This document shows, one piece after another, positions 20,972 through 29,931 of a stretch of DNA of 64,000 nt. The stretch comes from an uncultured Anaerolineales bacterium. Lineage in GTDB: Bacteria > Chloroflexota > Anaerolineae > Anaerolineales > UBA11858. The notes beneath the pieces are model-generated. The model was not told where the DNA came from. It saw only the letters and a list, made by a program, of their open reading frames with translations, and did no database searches. Each line of letters starts with the position of its first letter. The stretch's first letter is position 1. Location: the NCBI GenBank assembly GCA_964448865.1, contig CAYUXO010000002.1, forward strand, positions 11,602 through 75,601, written 5' to 3'. The position numbers were made by a program, and so were the translations under genes.

Positions 20972-21326
20972 TATACAGGAAAGCAATAATTATTTTTTGA
21001 CAAAAGTTTCTAACTTGGATTTCATATTTGTTATTATCGAGTCCATGCCAGCGGGGAAATTATCATGAAAGTTTCTTTTTAATGGGCATATCTGAAATGC
21101 AGTGCTTTTTATGCCGCATTACATTCCAATGTTGGTTGATTTGTATTATAAACCTTGACGCAGTTTGCCTTTGGCAATATCTTTTTGGCTTAAGTTGCTC
21201 TGTTCATGATGGAGATCTTTTTGTTGATTGCGGTTTAATTCTTGACAATAAAATTAGACATCACAGCTTTGAGGGAAAACAAGAAGCAACTGATGTTCCG
21301 GCGTAACCTTTTATGCAATGGAAGAT

Positions 21327-21359
21327 GAAAAAAAAGGTGAAAGGAAAAACCTTTCATCC
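21327..21359 (-). terminator. Intrinsic terminator of hemH
   Basis: On the minus strand: ggatgaaagg-ttttt-cctttcacc followed by a T8 run. The hairpin begins at the hemH stop codon. Confidence 0.6.
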
Positions 21360-22337
21360 TTTTCTTTTCGCTTTTGAAAGTGAATCCTTGATAATTTCAG
21401 CCAAAGCCCGGATCTGAGAATCACTGTCATTGAGCGCTGGAATGTAGTGAAATTCGCCTCCGCCCGCCTGGGAAAAGATATCCTTGCCATGAATAGCGAT
21501 TTCTTCCAGCGTTTCCAAGCAGTCCACAGCAAAACCCGGGCATAACACGTGGAGATTTTTGCACCCTTCTTCACCCAGGGTCTTTATTGTATTGTCTGTA
21601 TAGGGATCCAGCCAGGCTTCAGGTCCAAAGCGGGATTGAAATGCGACATCGGTATCACTGGCCTGCAGCCCTGCTTTTTGTGATACCAGGCTGGATGTAT
21701 CATAGCATTTTGTCTGATATGGTTCGCCTTTTCTCGTTATATAACGTTTTGGGACACCGTGGAACGAAAAGAGGGTTTTTTCTGGTTTTCCAGTTAACGC
21801 CCAGGCATCTTGTAAGGAACCTGCCAGGGCAGAAATGTAAGCGGGGTGATTGTGATAATCCTTAATGATCGTGACTGACTTGAAACCAGATCCGACGGCG
21901 AGCCCTGCCTTTGTTTTTAGAATGGCAGTCAAATTAGTGGTGGAGCTGTATTGGGGAAAGAGAGGAAAAACCACTAGGTGGGCAACACCTTTTTCTCTGA
22001 GTTCCTTTAAACCCTGCCCAATTGAAGGGTTACCGTAGCTCATTCCAATTGATACTTCCCAGCCGGGATTTTTTTGAACCAGTTTGGTGGCCATTGACTG
22101 CATGAGGCACAGCAGCGGTGAGCCGGATGCAGTCCAGATCTTTTTATACAGAAGGGCAGATTTTTGGGGGCGCTTTCGGAGGATAATCTTCTCAAGGATG
22201 GGCATCCAAAGCCAGCGTGGGTAATCGACCACCTGGGGGTCACTGAGAAATTCCGCCAGAAAATCACGGACAGCTTTTTCCGTCGGCGCATCCGGTGTTC
22301 CGATATTGATCAGTAAGATTCCTAGTTTATGATTCAT
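21354..22337 (-). CDS. hemH: Ferrochelatase (HemH/CpfC)
   Basis: LLINIGTPDAPT N-terminus, FSFHGVP and ferrochelatase length. Convergent with the haem operon. Confidence 0.9.
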   Translation of the reverse strand: MNHKLGILLINIGTPDAPTEKAVRDFLAEFLSDPQVVDYPRWLWMPILEKIILRKRPQKSALLYKKIWTASGSPLLCLMQSMATKLVQKNPGWEVSIGMSYGNPSIGQGLKELREKGVAHLVVFPLFPQYSSTTNLTAILKTKAGLAVGSGFKSVTIIKDYHNHPAYISALAGSLQDAWALTGKPEKTLFSFHGVPKRYITRKGEPYQTKCYDTSSLVSQKAGLQASDTDVAFQSRFGPEAWLDPYTDNTIKTLGEEGCKNLHVLCPGFAVDCLETLEEIAIHGKDIFSQAGGGEFHYIPALNDSDSQIRALAEIIKDSLSKAKRKG

Positions 22338-22805
22338 TATTTGAGATCGAATTTAGCTGAATAATTTTGTTGTTAAACTACTAAAAAAGTATAGCACATG
22401 AGATATGGCATGTTTTCTCACTGTTGTGAAATTTTACTGGACAGGGTCCAGAAAACAGGCAGCTGCATTTCTAAAATATGATGGTGTTTTTACACAATGA
22501 ATGGGTTGCCTTTGAAGTCTCCAGAAAAATCCCGGAATCAGGATTATTCAATACCAGATTGGGAAGCGGCAAGTGAGCTTTCTCTCCTCCAATTTCCCCC
22601 ATTGGCCAAGTTAGGTGTGACTGGATCTAAGGCTGTTGATTCTTCCAGACGGCAGACAGATATAAATTTCTTCTTTTCTTCTTTATATTATTTTGTATCA
22701 ATGACTTAATGTGTCTAATGTGATCGAGATTTTGTTAATAGAACTTCTGCTCCCACCTCTACAATATCTATTATGCTTTTTTGAAGGATGTAAAGCCGCA
22801 ATCCA

Positions 22806-23813
22806 TTAATCTGTAAATTGAAAGGTCCAGATAAAATCAACCAGGGACCAGGTTTGCTCTTCGGTAAATACGGGTCCGAAATTGGGCATGCCTGTCCCCA
22901 TCCCTCCCCGGATTATTTTTCCTTGCAGCACCGCAGAACTGGATGCTAACATTTGTTCGGGTTGGGTAAAATCAGCTGGCGGTGAAAGATCTGCCAATAA
23001 AGTGTTTGTTTCTGGATCTCCTGCAATATACTGCCCCGCAAATATTCCCCCTCCGTCACCATCCGGCCCATGGCAAGCAGCGCAATTTTGACTGTACAGC
23101 TGACCTCCGGCATTAATGTTCTCGACAGTCGTGCCCGATCTCCAGAGGGCCGCGATCAGGTCCCAAAGATCCTGATCGCTCAATTCTTCAGCAAATGACT
23201 CTTCCCGGAGCGATAACCAAACACTTGCGGGACTGTTTGACCTGAGATAATCGATGGTTTGGTAAGGTTCCAACTTTGATCCATCAATCTTGCCCATGAT
23301 AACCCGTCCGTCATTGGCAGAAGGGATTTTCAACGGTATTTTTTCTGTGCTGCGCTCTTGATCGATATCAACTCCCATCACGACATAGAGAGGTGACTTG
23401 GTTTGCTCTTGGGACTGGGCTGGTCCTTCCACGATGATGGTCCCGCGCATCCGCCAATGATTGGGACTGCACCAGCGCGTGCAGTAGTAAACATATCTTC
23501 CTGGCTCAGCAAAAGTAATTGTGGTTTGGGAGTACTCTCCAGGATAGATTTCGATTTCAGGATGGTCCAGCTGGCCGACGGCAAAGCCATGGACAACATC
23601 ATCAGAGGTAAACTGCAACGCGAGTGGTTTTCCTGCTTCCGCGTAGATGGTTCCCGGCATCCACCCGCCGTCTTCAGGTACAGCAGCGTGCACTATTAAC
23701 CCGGGCGGCAGAGTATTTTTACCCCACAGGAAAACTCCAAGAGGAAGCCCCAGGACCATCAACCCTATAAGTATCCGGGCAAAGACTTCGTTTTTTATCC
23801 GACGAGCAGCCAT
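22806..23813 (-). CDS. Membrane-anchored CuA-motif cupredoxin fused to a mono-haem cytochrome c
   Basis: DVVHG-x35-CTRWCSPNHWRM gives the H...Cx3Cx3Hx2M set. C-terminal CAACHGPDG plus GTGMPNFG. ATG 23813 was chosen; the longer ORF to 24011 lies inside the upstream gene. Confidence 0.7.
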   Translation of the reverse strand: MAARRIKNEVFARILIGLMVLGLPLGVFLWGKNTLPPGLIVHAAVPEDGGWMPGTIYAEAGKPLALQFTSDDVVHGFAVGQLDHPEIEIYPGEYSQTTITFAEPGRYVYYCTRWCSPNHWRMRGTIIVEGPAQSQEQTKSPLYVVMGVDIDQERSTEKIPLKIPSANDGRVIMGKIDGSKLEPYQTIDYLRSNSPASVWLSLREESFAEELSDQDLWDLIAALWRSGTTVENINAGGQLYSQNCAACHGPDGDGGGIFAGQYIAGDPETNTLLADLSPPADFTQPEQMLASSSAVLQGKIIRGGMGTGMPNFGPVFTEEQTWSLVDFIWTFQFTD

Positions 23814-25153
23814 AATAATCCTATGGTAATTCCGAGGAAAAATATCAGCAGAGGCCAGAGGGCATTGTGCCTGGCATCTTCCCGGTTGATCTTGACAGCT
23901 ATTTGACCTGAAACCAATAATCCGGCAATTAATACAGCGGCTTCCAGCTTGGGAGTTAAGCTGCTCAAATAAGGGGTCCAGCTGTAACCCGCTGTTCCCA
24001 TTAAATTCCACCCCCAGCCCATGGGATCAGACAGGACACCCCAGATGTAGGAGCCATTGCTGAATGCAAATGACAGGCTGAAGGCAGCCCAGGCACCCAG
24101 GCCCAGGGGTACCAGAGCCGCTGAAAAAGATTTAAAGGCAATCTTTGTGGTTTTCCGTGAAGCAGATCTGGGCTGTGTTAAACGGACTGCGCCGTAAAAA
24201 AGTCCGGGAAGCACTATAAAATTGATCAATAAAAATCCCGCAGCAAAGAGCCACCAGCTCTCGCTGCCAATGGAAAATGCCGCGTTTTTTAATTCTCCCC
24301 AGGGTCCGAGCATGATAGCAGAATAAACTATAGCGCTGCCCAGCATCAGGATGGCTTTAAATGCCTCATCAAGTTTAATAGCGCCTGGTTGGATGAGATC
24401 CTGTCCCCAATCCCGGATATTGATTGTGATGTTGTCATGAGGGCAGGTCCGCAAACATTCAAAACAGGCCCCACAATTGATATTTAGTTTCATCGCCGGG
24501 GGATAGACGTTCCACGGGCAGCCGTAGCCATTTTCATCCCCGGTATAGCAGGTTTTTACCTGGTGGTTTTTGCAAACATCACCATCCAGTATGCGGAGTT
24601 CGACAGGTGAAACCAGGGAATACAGGCCTATAAAGCCTCCCACAGGACAGAGATAGCGGCAGAAAGCCCGCCGTTCGAATACTAAGCTGGTAAGGACGGC
24701 AGTGATAATCATGCCCGCTAATAACCAGGCGGTGACCGCCGGCTTGGTCAGGATCACAGCACTGAACAGGGCCATCAAAGTAAAGGAGCCATTCTGAAGC
24801 CAGATATTGCGGAATTTTTTTGGCCAGCGCCAACCTTTCCCAAAGCCATTTTTTCCAGGTTGGGGTCCCAGAATTGTTCCTTGCTGCAGCCACTCACCGG
24901 GAAGAGGCAGGGGACAAATACTGCACCAGCTCCGGCCCAGAAATGGCACAAGCACCAGGATCAATGCTGCCCACCAGGCAATCCAGATTAAAACGATGCT
25001 CAAATTTCGATTGCCAACCGGGGTTCCCCCTAAACCGGAGATGATTACAATGATAAAGACACCCAGGGCAATTCCCCTGACTACAAGCTGTGGCCAGCGG
25101 GAGGTAACTCCCCACTTAAGGATAGGATTCCGCAAGACATTCCAGCTGTTCAT
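23795..25153 (-). CDS. Polytopic 4Fe-4S membrane protein, NapH/MauN/NosR/CcoG family
   Basis: WCSICPLP (CxxCP), FCRYLCPVGG (Cx3CP) and CGACFECLRTCP (CxxCxxCxxxCP), with about 9 hydrophobic helices. Confidence 0.7.
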   Translation of the reverse strand: MNSWNVLRNPILKWGVTSRWPQLVVRGIALGVFIIVIISGLGGTPVGNRNLSIVLIWIAWWAALILVLVPFLGRSWCSICPLPLPGEWLQQGTILGPQPGKNGFGKGWRWPKKFRNIWLQNGSFTLMALFSAVILTKPAVTAWLLAGMIITAVLTSLVFERRAFCRYLCPVGGFIGLYSLVSPVELRILDGDVCKNHQVKTCYTGDENGYGCPWNVYPPAMKLNINCGACFECLRTCPHDNITINIRDWGQDLIQPGAIKLDEAFKAILMLGSAIVYSAIMLGPWGELKNAAFSIGSESWWLFAAGFLLINFIVLPGLFYGAVRLTQPRSASRKTTKIAFKSFSAALVPLGLGAWAAFSLSFAFSNGSYIWGVLSDPMGWGWNLMGTAGYSWTPYLSSLTPKLEAAVLIAGLLVSGQIAVKINREDARHNALWPLLIFFLGITIGLLWLLVG

Positions 25154-25599
25154 GATTTACTCCTCATGAAAAATGCCAGAACGACCAGGCTGGATATACC
25201 TGCGCTGCGCAAGAATATGAGATTGCTGCCAACCTGTATTTTTCCGATCATAAACGGGTGCATGGATCCGCAGCTGACAGAACAACGAAACCGGAAGGTG
25301 CCTTCCTGGTTGGCTGTAAAAGTCAGGGAATCGGTTTTTCCGGGGTCAGCATACATTTCCAGATTGTAACCATCCAGATATATACCATGGGCAACATCAA
25401 CAGTTGTCAGATTGAGGGTGATCTTATCACCGGGCTGGACCCTGATCGTTCCCGGATTGAATTGGAACTGGGATGCCTCAATATCAATAACTCTATCCCC
25501 GGAAATTCCCTGAAATCTCGGCAGTGGAAAGAAGGTGATTATGAGTGTGCCGAGCAAGATCACCAGATAAAATCCAGGATTTTTAATGTTCATAATCAT
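25150..25599 (-). CDS. Small membrane-anchored CuA-motif cupredoxin
   Basis: DVAHG-x34-CSVSCGSMHPFM is exactly the H-x34-C-x3-C-x3-H-x2-M spacing of COX2 CuA. TM helices at both ends. 4-nt overlap with the downstream gene. Confidence 0.7.
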   Translation of the reverse strand: MIMNIKNPGFYLVILLGTLIITFFPLPRFQGISGDRVIDIEASQFQFNPGTIRVQPGDKITLNLTTVDVAHGIYLDGYNLEMYADPGKTDSLTFTANQEGTFRFRCSVSCGSMHPFMIGKIQVGSNLIFLRSAGISSLVVLAFFMRSKS

Positions 25600-25674
25600 A
25601 TATATTTACCGGGAGCAGACAATCCGAAAGTTTGCTGGAAAGTGTTCTGAAAATGATCCGAAATCTGAGGGAAC

Positions 25675-26109
25675 TTATGGCATATTTGAAGGACCGAAGG
25701 CGCTGTAAATTGAATCGATTTCAATCCGGATTTCTGCGAGCGACATTCCCTGATCCAGCATATCCATTGTGTCCTGAGTGATATCCACACATATTGAACA
25801 TCCCAGGGCATGGCCGTCGAAGACCAGATCATCAGGGGAAGTGTCATCCTTGACGTAACAGGCATAATTGGATGTGTGGCCCATCGAACCGCAGCCGCAA
25901 TAACAGGGTATTTCCTTTAATATTTGGGGATTTTCAACGGCAAATTGATAGGCATGTTGTACTGAGAGCGGTGCTGATCGTACTTCAACGGGTAATTCTT
26001 CGAGGGCAGCCAGTTGATAGGATTGCTCTGTGTTTGAAGTGCTGCACCCTGCAGCAAGCAAGCCCGCCAGAACTATAACAATGACGGTCATTATTGTTTT
26101 ATTTTTCAT
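25675..26109 (-). CDS. PCYCGC-motif lipoprotein (PF13798-like)
   Basis: Lipobox LAAGC, literal PCYCGCGSMGHTSNYAC plus GHALGCSIC. Confidence 0.7.
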   Translation of the reverse strand: MKNKTIMTVIVIVLAGLLAAGCSTSNTEQSYQLAALEELPVEVRSAPLSVQHAYQFAVENPQILKEIPCYCGCGSMGHTSNYACYVKDDTSPDDLVFDGHALGCSICVDITQDTMDMLDQGMSLAEIRIEIDSIYSAFGPSNMP

Positions 26110-26202
26110 TATATCCAGCCTCCCTGCAGCTCATTTGTGATGATAGGTACAAAGTATATCTGCGCTCTGCCTCGTTGACATGCGCTTTTCTGCGTGTTTG
26201 AG

Positions 26203-26220
26203 ATAGGCAGAATTGCTTAT
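26203..26220. promoter_or_regulatory. Island palindrome site 1: ATAGGCAG-AA-TTGCTTAT
   Basis: Matches ATARGC-N6-GCYTAT. Lies in the divergent intergenic region between the PCYCGC/CuA operon (start 26109, minus) and paralog P1 (26279, plus). TTGACA sits at 26175-26180. Confidence 0.5.
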
Positions 26221-26278
26221 CCGGGCATGGGTAAGAGAACGCTGTAAAAAGCTAATCAAACGCTGTATATTAGGATCT

Positions 26279-26668
26279 GTGACGTATCAGACAGATTATT
26301 TAGTGACCATAAATGAAATAAGCGAGACTGCGATTTCTCTGGTAAAAAACTGGCTTACTGAAGTCGGGATGCATACAGAGTGTTCTTTTGACCTGCAAAC
26401 TGCGCGGAAAGCCCAGGTTGGCTGCACATGCCCCCACCATGGAACGGGAAGTTGTGACTGCCAGATCGTCGTTCTCCTGGTATACAGTCAGCGAACTGGT
26501 CCGGTTACGTTGGTAGCACACAGCCAGGATGGAAGAACGCGTTTTGGCCTTGTCGACCAACCTGAAGGAGGAGAGTTGAAACATTTGGAAGAATTAATCC
26601 GGGAGCGGATTATTACCGGAGCATACTCCATCATAAATGAAGATGAAGCAGCCAGTGCAATAATTTAG
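26279..26668 (+). CDS. Small Cys/His-rich protein, paralog P1 of an uncharacterised family
   Basis: SFDLQ-x8-CTCPHHGTGSCDCQIVVLLVY-x11-HSQDGRT. GTG 26279 (AGGA 5 nt upstream) gives the same N-terminal length as P2 and P3; the ORF-track start is 26213. Confidence 0.6.
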   Translation: MTYQTDYLVTINEISETAISLVKNWLTEVGMHTECSFDLQTARKAQVGCTCPHHGTGSCDCQIVVLLVYSQRTGPVTLVAHSQDGRTRFGLVDQPEGGELKHLEELIRERIITGAYSIINEDEAASAII

Positions 26669-26989
26669 TCCATTTATTCCCTTGTCAAATCACTCAAAGA
26701 AAGCGGAACGGAGAAGGTATAAGTACTCCTAATCTGGGGGGTTAACCTTTTCAACCTTTTGTAGGTGCAAGGGAAAGATCATTCATAACAGCATGGCTGG
26801 TTTTTTACTGACCAGCCGGGGAACACCTGGAATTTTCAGTGAAGTTGAAATTATCTTTGCTTGAAATAATCAAGGTTTGGGTCAAGTAAGAAATATTCTT
26901 TCTAACCTATCCAATGAGGTAAGTTGAGGTACAGAAAAAATCATGCCAGTATCTTGTTAATCGAACATATTTATATAGGAAAATTCTCT

Positions 26990-27802
26990 ATGGAACCTCA
27001 ATCTCCTGATAAAGAAAAATCATTTTTGATGGTATCTTCGGACTTAAATGGAACACACCGCTGGAAAATTTTTGCCCATGCTGTGGCTTTTGTGTTTGGT
27101 TTTTCCCTGATATTTATCATCGGTTGGGGCGGAAGCGCAACACTGCTGGGTCAATTTTTCGGTGAATACCGATCCATTATCAGCAAGATCGGTGGAGTAG
27201 TGGTGATAATCTTTGGCCTGCATACACTTGGAGTCCTTAATATTCCCTGGTTTAATTATGACCTGCGCCCAGACTGGTCTAATAACAGAAAACGAAAAGG
27301 CTACACGGCATCTGGAATGATGGGAGTGTTTTTCGCTGCGGGCTGGACACCCTGTGTTGGAACTATCCTTGGAGCCATATTAACATTGGGTATAAATCAA
27401 GGCACCAGCGGTCAGGCCATGCTGCTCGCCAGTGGATATGCCATCGGATTGGGCCTGCCATTTCTTGCGATCGGCCTGGGTGTGGATCGGGCAAGTCAAC
27501 TGTTAACCAGATTCCGGCACCGGGTTCAATTGATTCAGCGTATTAGCGGGATATTTTTACTGCTCCTGGGTGTTTTAATATTTACCGATCAATTGGCAGT
27601 CATGGCTATCTGGGCTCAAAAATCCGGACTTTATCTGAGTTTGCCGATTGCATCATCTGCCGTTCCAACTTATTTAGTTGCTATCGCTGCCGGATTGTTA
27701 TCTTTCCTGTCACCCTGCGTGCTGCCCCTGGTGCCAGCCTATCTGGGATATTTGAGCGGCCATGCAGTTGGAATCGTCTCTGAAAACCAGGAGGCGAGAT
27801 AA
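26990..27802 (+). CDS. ccdA: CcdA/DsbD-family thiol-disulfide transporter, circularly permuted
   Basis: FAAGWTPCVGTIL (normally TM4) is mid-protein. LSFLSPCVLPLVPAYLGYLSG (normally TM1, N-terminal) is the last helix. Six hydrophobic helices in total. Confidence 0.7.
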   Translation: MEPQSPDKEKSFLMVSSDLNGTHRWKIFAHAVAFVFGFSLIFIIGWGGSATLLGQFFGEYRSIISKIGGVVVIIFGLHTLGVLNIPWFNYDLRPDWSNNRKRKGYTASGMMGVFFAAGWTPCVGTILGAILTLGINQGTSGQAMLLASGYAIGLGLPFLAIGLGVDRASQLLTRFRHRVQLIQRISGIFLLLLGVLIFTDQLAVMAIWAQKSGLYLSLPIASSAVPTYLVAIAAGLLSFLSPCVLPLVPAYLGYLSGHAVGIVSENQEAR

Positions 27803-28389
27803 TGCGTTTCAATCAACTGGTCGCAAAATCCAAATATTGGACAACCGTAATTATTTCTACCCTGATTCTGGGCACAGGCTGGATCTTGTTTTCCCGGATT
27901 CCGGTGGAAAGCACTACCGGTGGAGCGCCACCACCCAGCCCCCGGGAAGGATTCTCAGCACCTGGCTTTTCAATCGAACTGCTGGATGATGCAGAGGTTG
28001 AAACCTTTGTCTCGCTGGCAGATTATCGGGGCCAGGTAGTGATGATCAACTTTTGGGCGACCTGGTGCACACCCTGCCGGACAGAAATGCCTGCTATCGA
28101 AAAGGTGTACCAGGAATATAAGGACCAGGGATTTGTCGTGCTTGGACTTAATACTACCTTCCAGGATAGCGAAGGAGAAGTTCGGGCATTTGTAAATGAA
28201 TTGGGACTTAATTTCCCAATCATCCTTGATAGGAGCGGCGAAGTAAGCCGCGAGTACCAGCTCCGGGGCCTGCCCAGCACGTTTTTTGTGGACAGGAAAG
28301 GGGTGATCCAATCGGTAGTCATTGGAGGCCCGATGAACGAGGCTTTGATCCAATCCACAGTTGAAACTATGCTCAAGGAGCGACCCTGA
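27802..28389 (+). CDS. TlpA/ResA-like membrane-anchored thioredoxin
   Basis: FWATWCTPCRTEMP (WCxxC) and an N-terminal TM anchor. TAATG overlap with ccdA. Confidence 0.8.
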   Translation: MRFNQLVAKSKYWTTVIISTLILGTGWILFSRIPVESTTGGAPPPSPREGFSAPGFSIELLDDAEVETFVSLADYRGQVVMINFWATWCTPCRTEMPAIEKVYQEYKDQGFVVLGLNTTFQDSEGEVRAFVNELGLNFPIILDRSGEVSREYQLRGLPSTFFVDRKGVIQSVVIGGPMNEALIQSTVETMLKERP

Positions 28390-29141
28390 TGCTGCCATCG
28401 ATTTCTATTGGACCTCTCTTGCTGCAAACTCCGGGACTGGCTTTGCTGATCGGGATCTGGATCAGTGTGACACTGATCGAAAAGGAAGCTGAACGACTTT
28501 CATTAAATAAAGATACATTGTCATCGCTGATCTTAGTCAGCTTGTTTGCCGGGTTGATCGGCTCCCGTCTGGCCTATGCAGCACGCACACCGAATGTTTA
28601 CTGGGAAAATCCTTTCAGTTTGTTCGCCCTTGATACCAATACTCTGGCTGTTTGGGAAGGAATGGTCGTTGGCGTGATTGCAGCTTTGATTTTCGGCCAG
28701 CGGAAAGGACTGAACTTGCGTCCGGTTCTGGACGCCCTGGCGCCGGGCCTGGCAGTCTTTATGGCAGCCCTGGCAGTCTCCCATATTTTGAGTGGGGATG
28801 CTTTTGGCACACCTTCACAGGTGCCCTGGGCAATCAATCTCTGGGATGAGTACCGTCACCCTGCCCAGTTTTATGAACTGATTCTGGGTCTGGGAATTTA
28901 TGGTATTGTCAGGCTTCATCTCCTGAAACAGCCAGGGTCAGGGTTGAATTTCCTTCTTTTTATTTCCCTCACTTCGTTTTCCCGGTTGTTTTTGGAAGCT
29001 TTTCGGGGAGACAGCTTGATCTGGTTCGGTTCTTTTCGGGCTGCCCAGTTGGTCAGTTTGGCTTTGTTGGTAAGCAGCCTGTGGCAAATCAAGAACTGGT
29101 CAATAAACACAGATTCTATCCCGGTCTCAATGCCAAAATGA
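28389..29141 (+). CDS. Lgt-like (prolipoprotein diacylglyceryl transferase family) membrane protein, divergent paralog
   Basis: GSRLAYA and RHPAQFYE (Lgt HPxQLYE-like motif). TGATG overlap with the thioredoxin gene. Confidence 0.55.
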   Translation: MLPSISIGPLLLQTPGLALLIGIWISVTLIEKEAERLSLNKDTLSSLILVSLFAGLIGSRLAYAARTPNVYWENPFSLFALDTNTLAVWEGMVVGVIAALIFGQRKGLNLRPVLDALAPGLAVFMAALAVSHILSGDAFGTPSQVPWAINLWDEYRHPAQFYELILGLGIYGIVRLHLLKQPGSGLNFLLFISLTSFSRLFLEAFRGDSLIWFGSFRAAQLVSLALLVSSLWQIKNWSINTDSIPVSMPK

Positions 29142-29231
29142 ATATCCCAGAGCATAATTTCTAAATATGGTTTGGTAACCAGAAAGAATGATTGGAAAAT
29201 CGCTGGATATTACTAAGGAGTAGAGGAAAGG

Positions 29232-29825
29232 ATGAAAAGAGATTTGTTGCAAAAGAGGCGCAAGGAACAGCTCCGGGCTAAGAGATTGAAAAGCGCGTTA
29301 ATTATTGGCGGGACAGCCGTAGTTGTGTTTGGATTTATAGGATTAGTGATTTGGAATAACGTTAAACCTCTTGCCGGGGAAACAGTCCTTCATCTCGAAG
29401 ATGCCACGGCACACATTGAAGAAGGAGAGGATCCGGGGCCATTCAGTTCCAATCCGCCAACTTCCGGCAGGCATTATGGCATCCCTCTTGCGGCAGGATT
29501 TTATGAAGAAGGCGATTCGATAACTCAGGTACCCTATCCTGAAGGTTATCTTCTTCATAACCTGGAACATGGATATATCATATTTTGGTACAACTGTGAA
29601 ATAGTGGACAAATCTGAATGTACAGAGATAAAATCCCGGATTCGGACTACAATTGATGATTTTCAAGAATATAAGCTGATTGGATTTCCCTGGCCGGATA
29701 TGGATTTTTCTCTGGTGATGGCTTCCTGGGGTCAAATGCAAACATTTTCCAGTTTTGACGAATCAGCTGCAAAAGAATTTATTCAGACAAACCGCAATCA
29801 GGCTCCTGAACCAAATACTCCCTGA
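29232..29825 (+). CDS. DUF3105-family membrane-anchored protein
   Basis: NPPTSGRHYG...LLHNLEHGYIIFWYNC...ASWGQ pattern. A paralog (a pseudogene) lies at 58444..59055. Confidence 0.6.
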   Translation: MKRDLLQKRRKEQLRAKRLKSALIIGGTAVVVFGFIGLVIWNNVKPLAGETVLHLEDATAHIEEGEDPGPFSSNPPTSGRHYGIPLAAGFYEEGDSITQVPYPEGYLLHNLEHGYIIFWYNCEIVDKSECTEIKSRIRTTIDDFQEYKLIGFPWPDMDFSLVMASWGQMQTFSSFDESAAKEFIQTNRNQAPEPNTP

Positions 29826-29931
29826 TTCTTGCGAGTCAGCGGTTTCGGATATTGAATTTAATTCAGCTTTTCATGTTATCCAAGGGACAATCTGCTCCTA
29901 TTGGAACTACCAGATCTGGGAGATTTAATTT

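Noticed and set aside
21028-21306. 92-aa ORF in the 380-nt gap between hemL and hemH. Similar orphan ORFs lie at 22497..22709, 31985..32357, 36190..36548 and 53511..53938.
   Set aside because: No RBS, odd composition (Cys/Phe/Leu-rich) and no recognisable motif. These are probably non-coding spacer regions. They cannot be excluded as small proteins without expression data.
23814-24011. N-terminal extension of the CuA-cytochrome c ORF (track start 24011).
   Set aside because: The extension overlaps about 200 nt of the upstream NapH-like gene in another frame and is Cys/Arg/Gln-rich with no membrane anchor. ATG 23813 starts directly at the basic-plus-TM anchor.
26669-26989. Hairpin ggctggt-tttttactg-accagcc in the P1-ccdA gap as a terminator.
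   Set aside because: The stem is short at 7 bp and has no trailing U-run on either strand, which is too weak to call.
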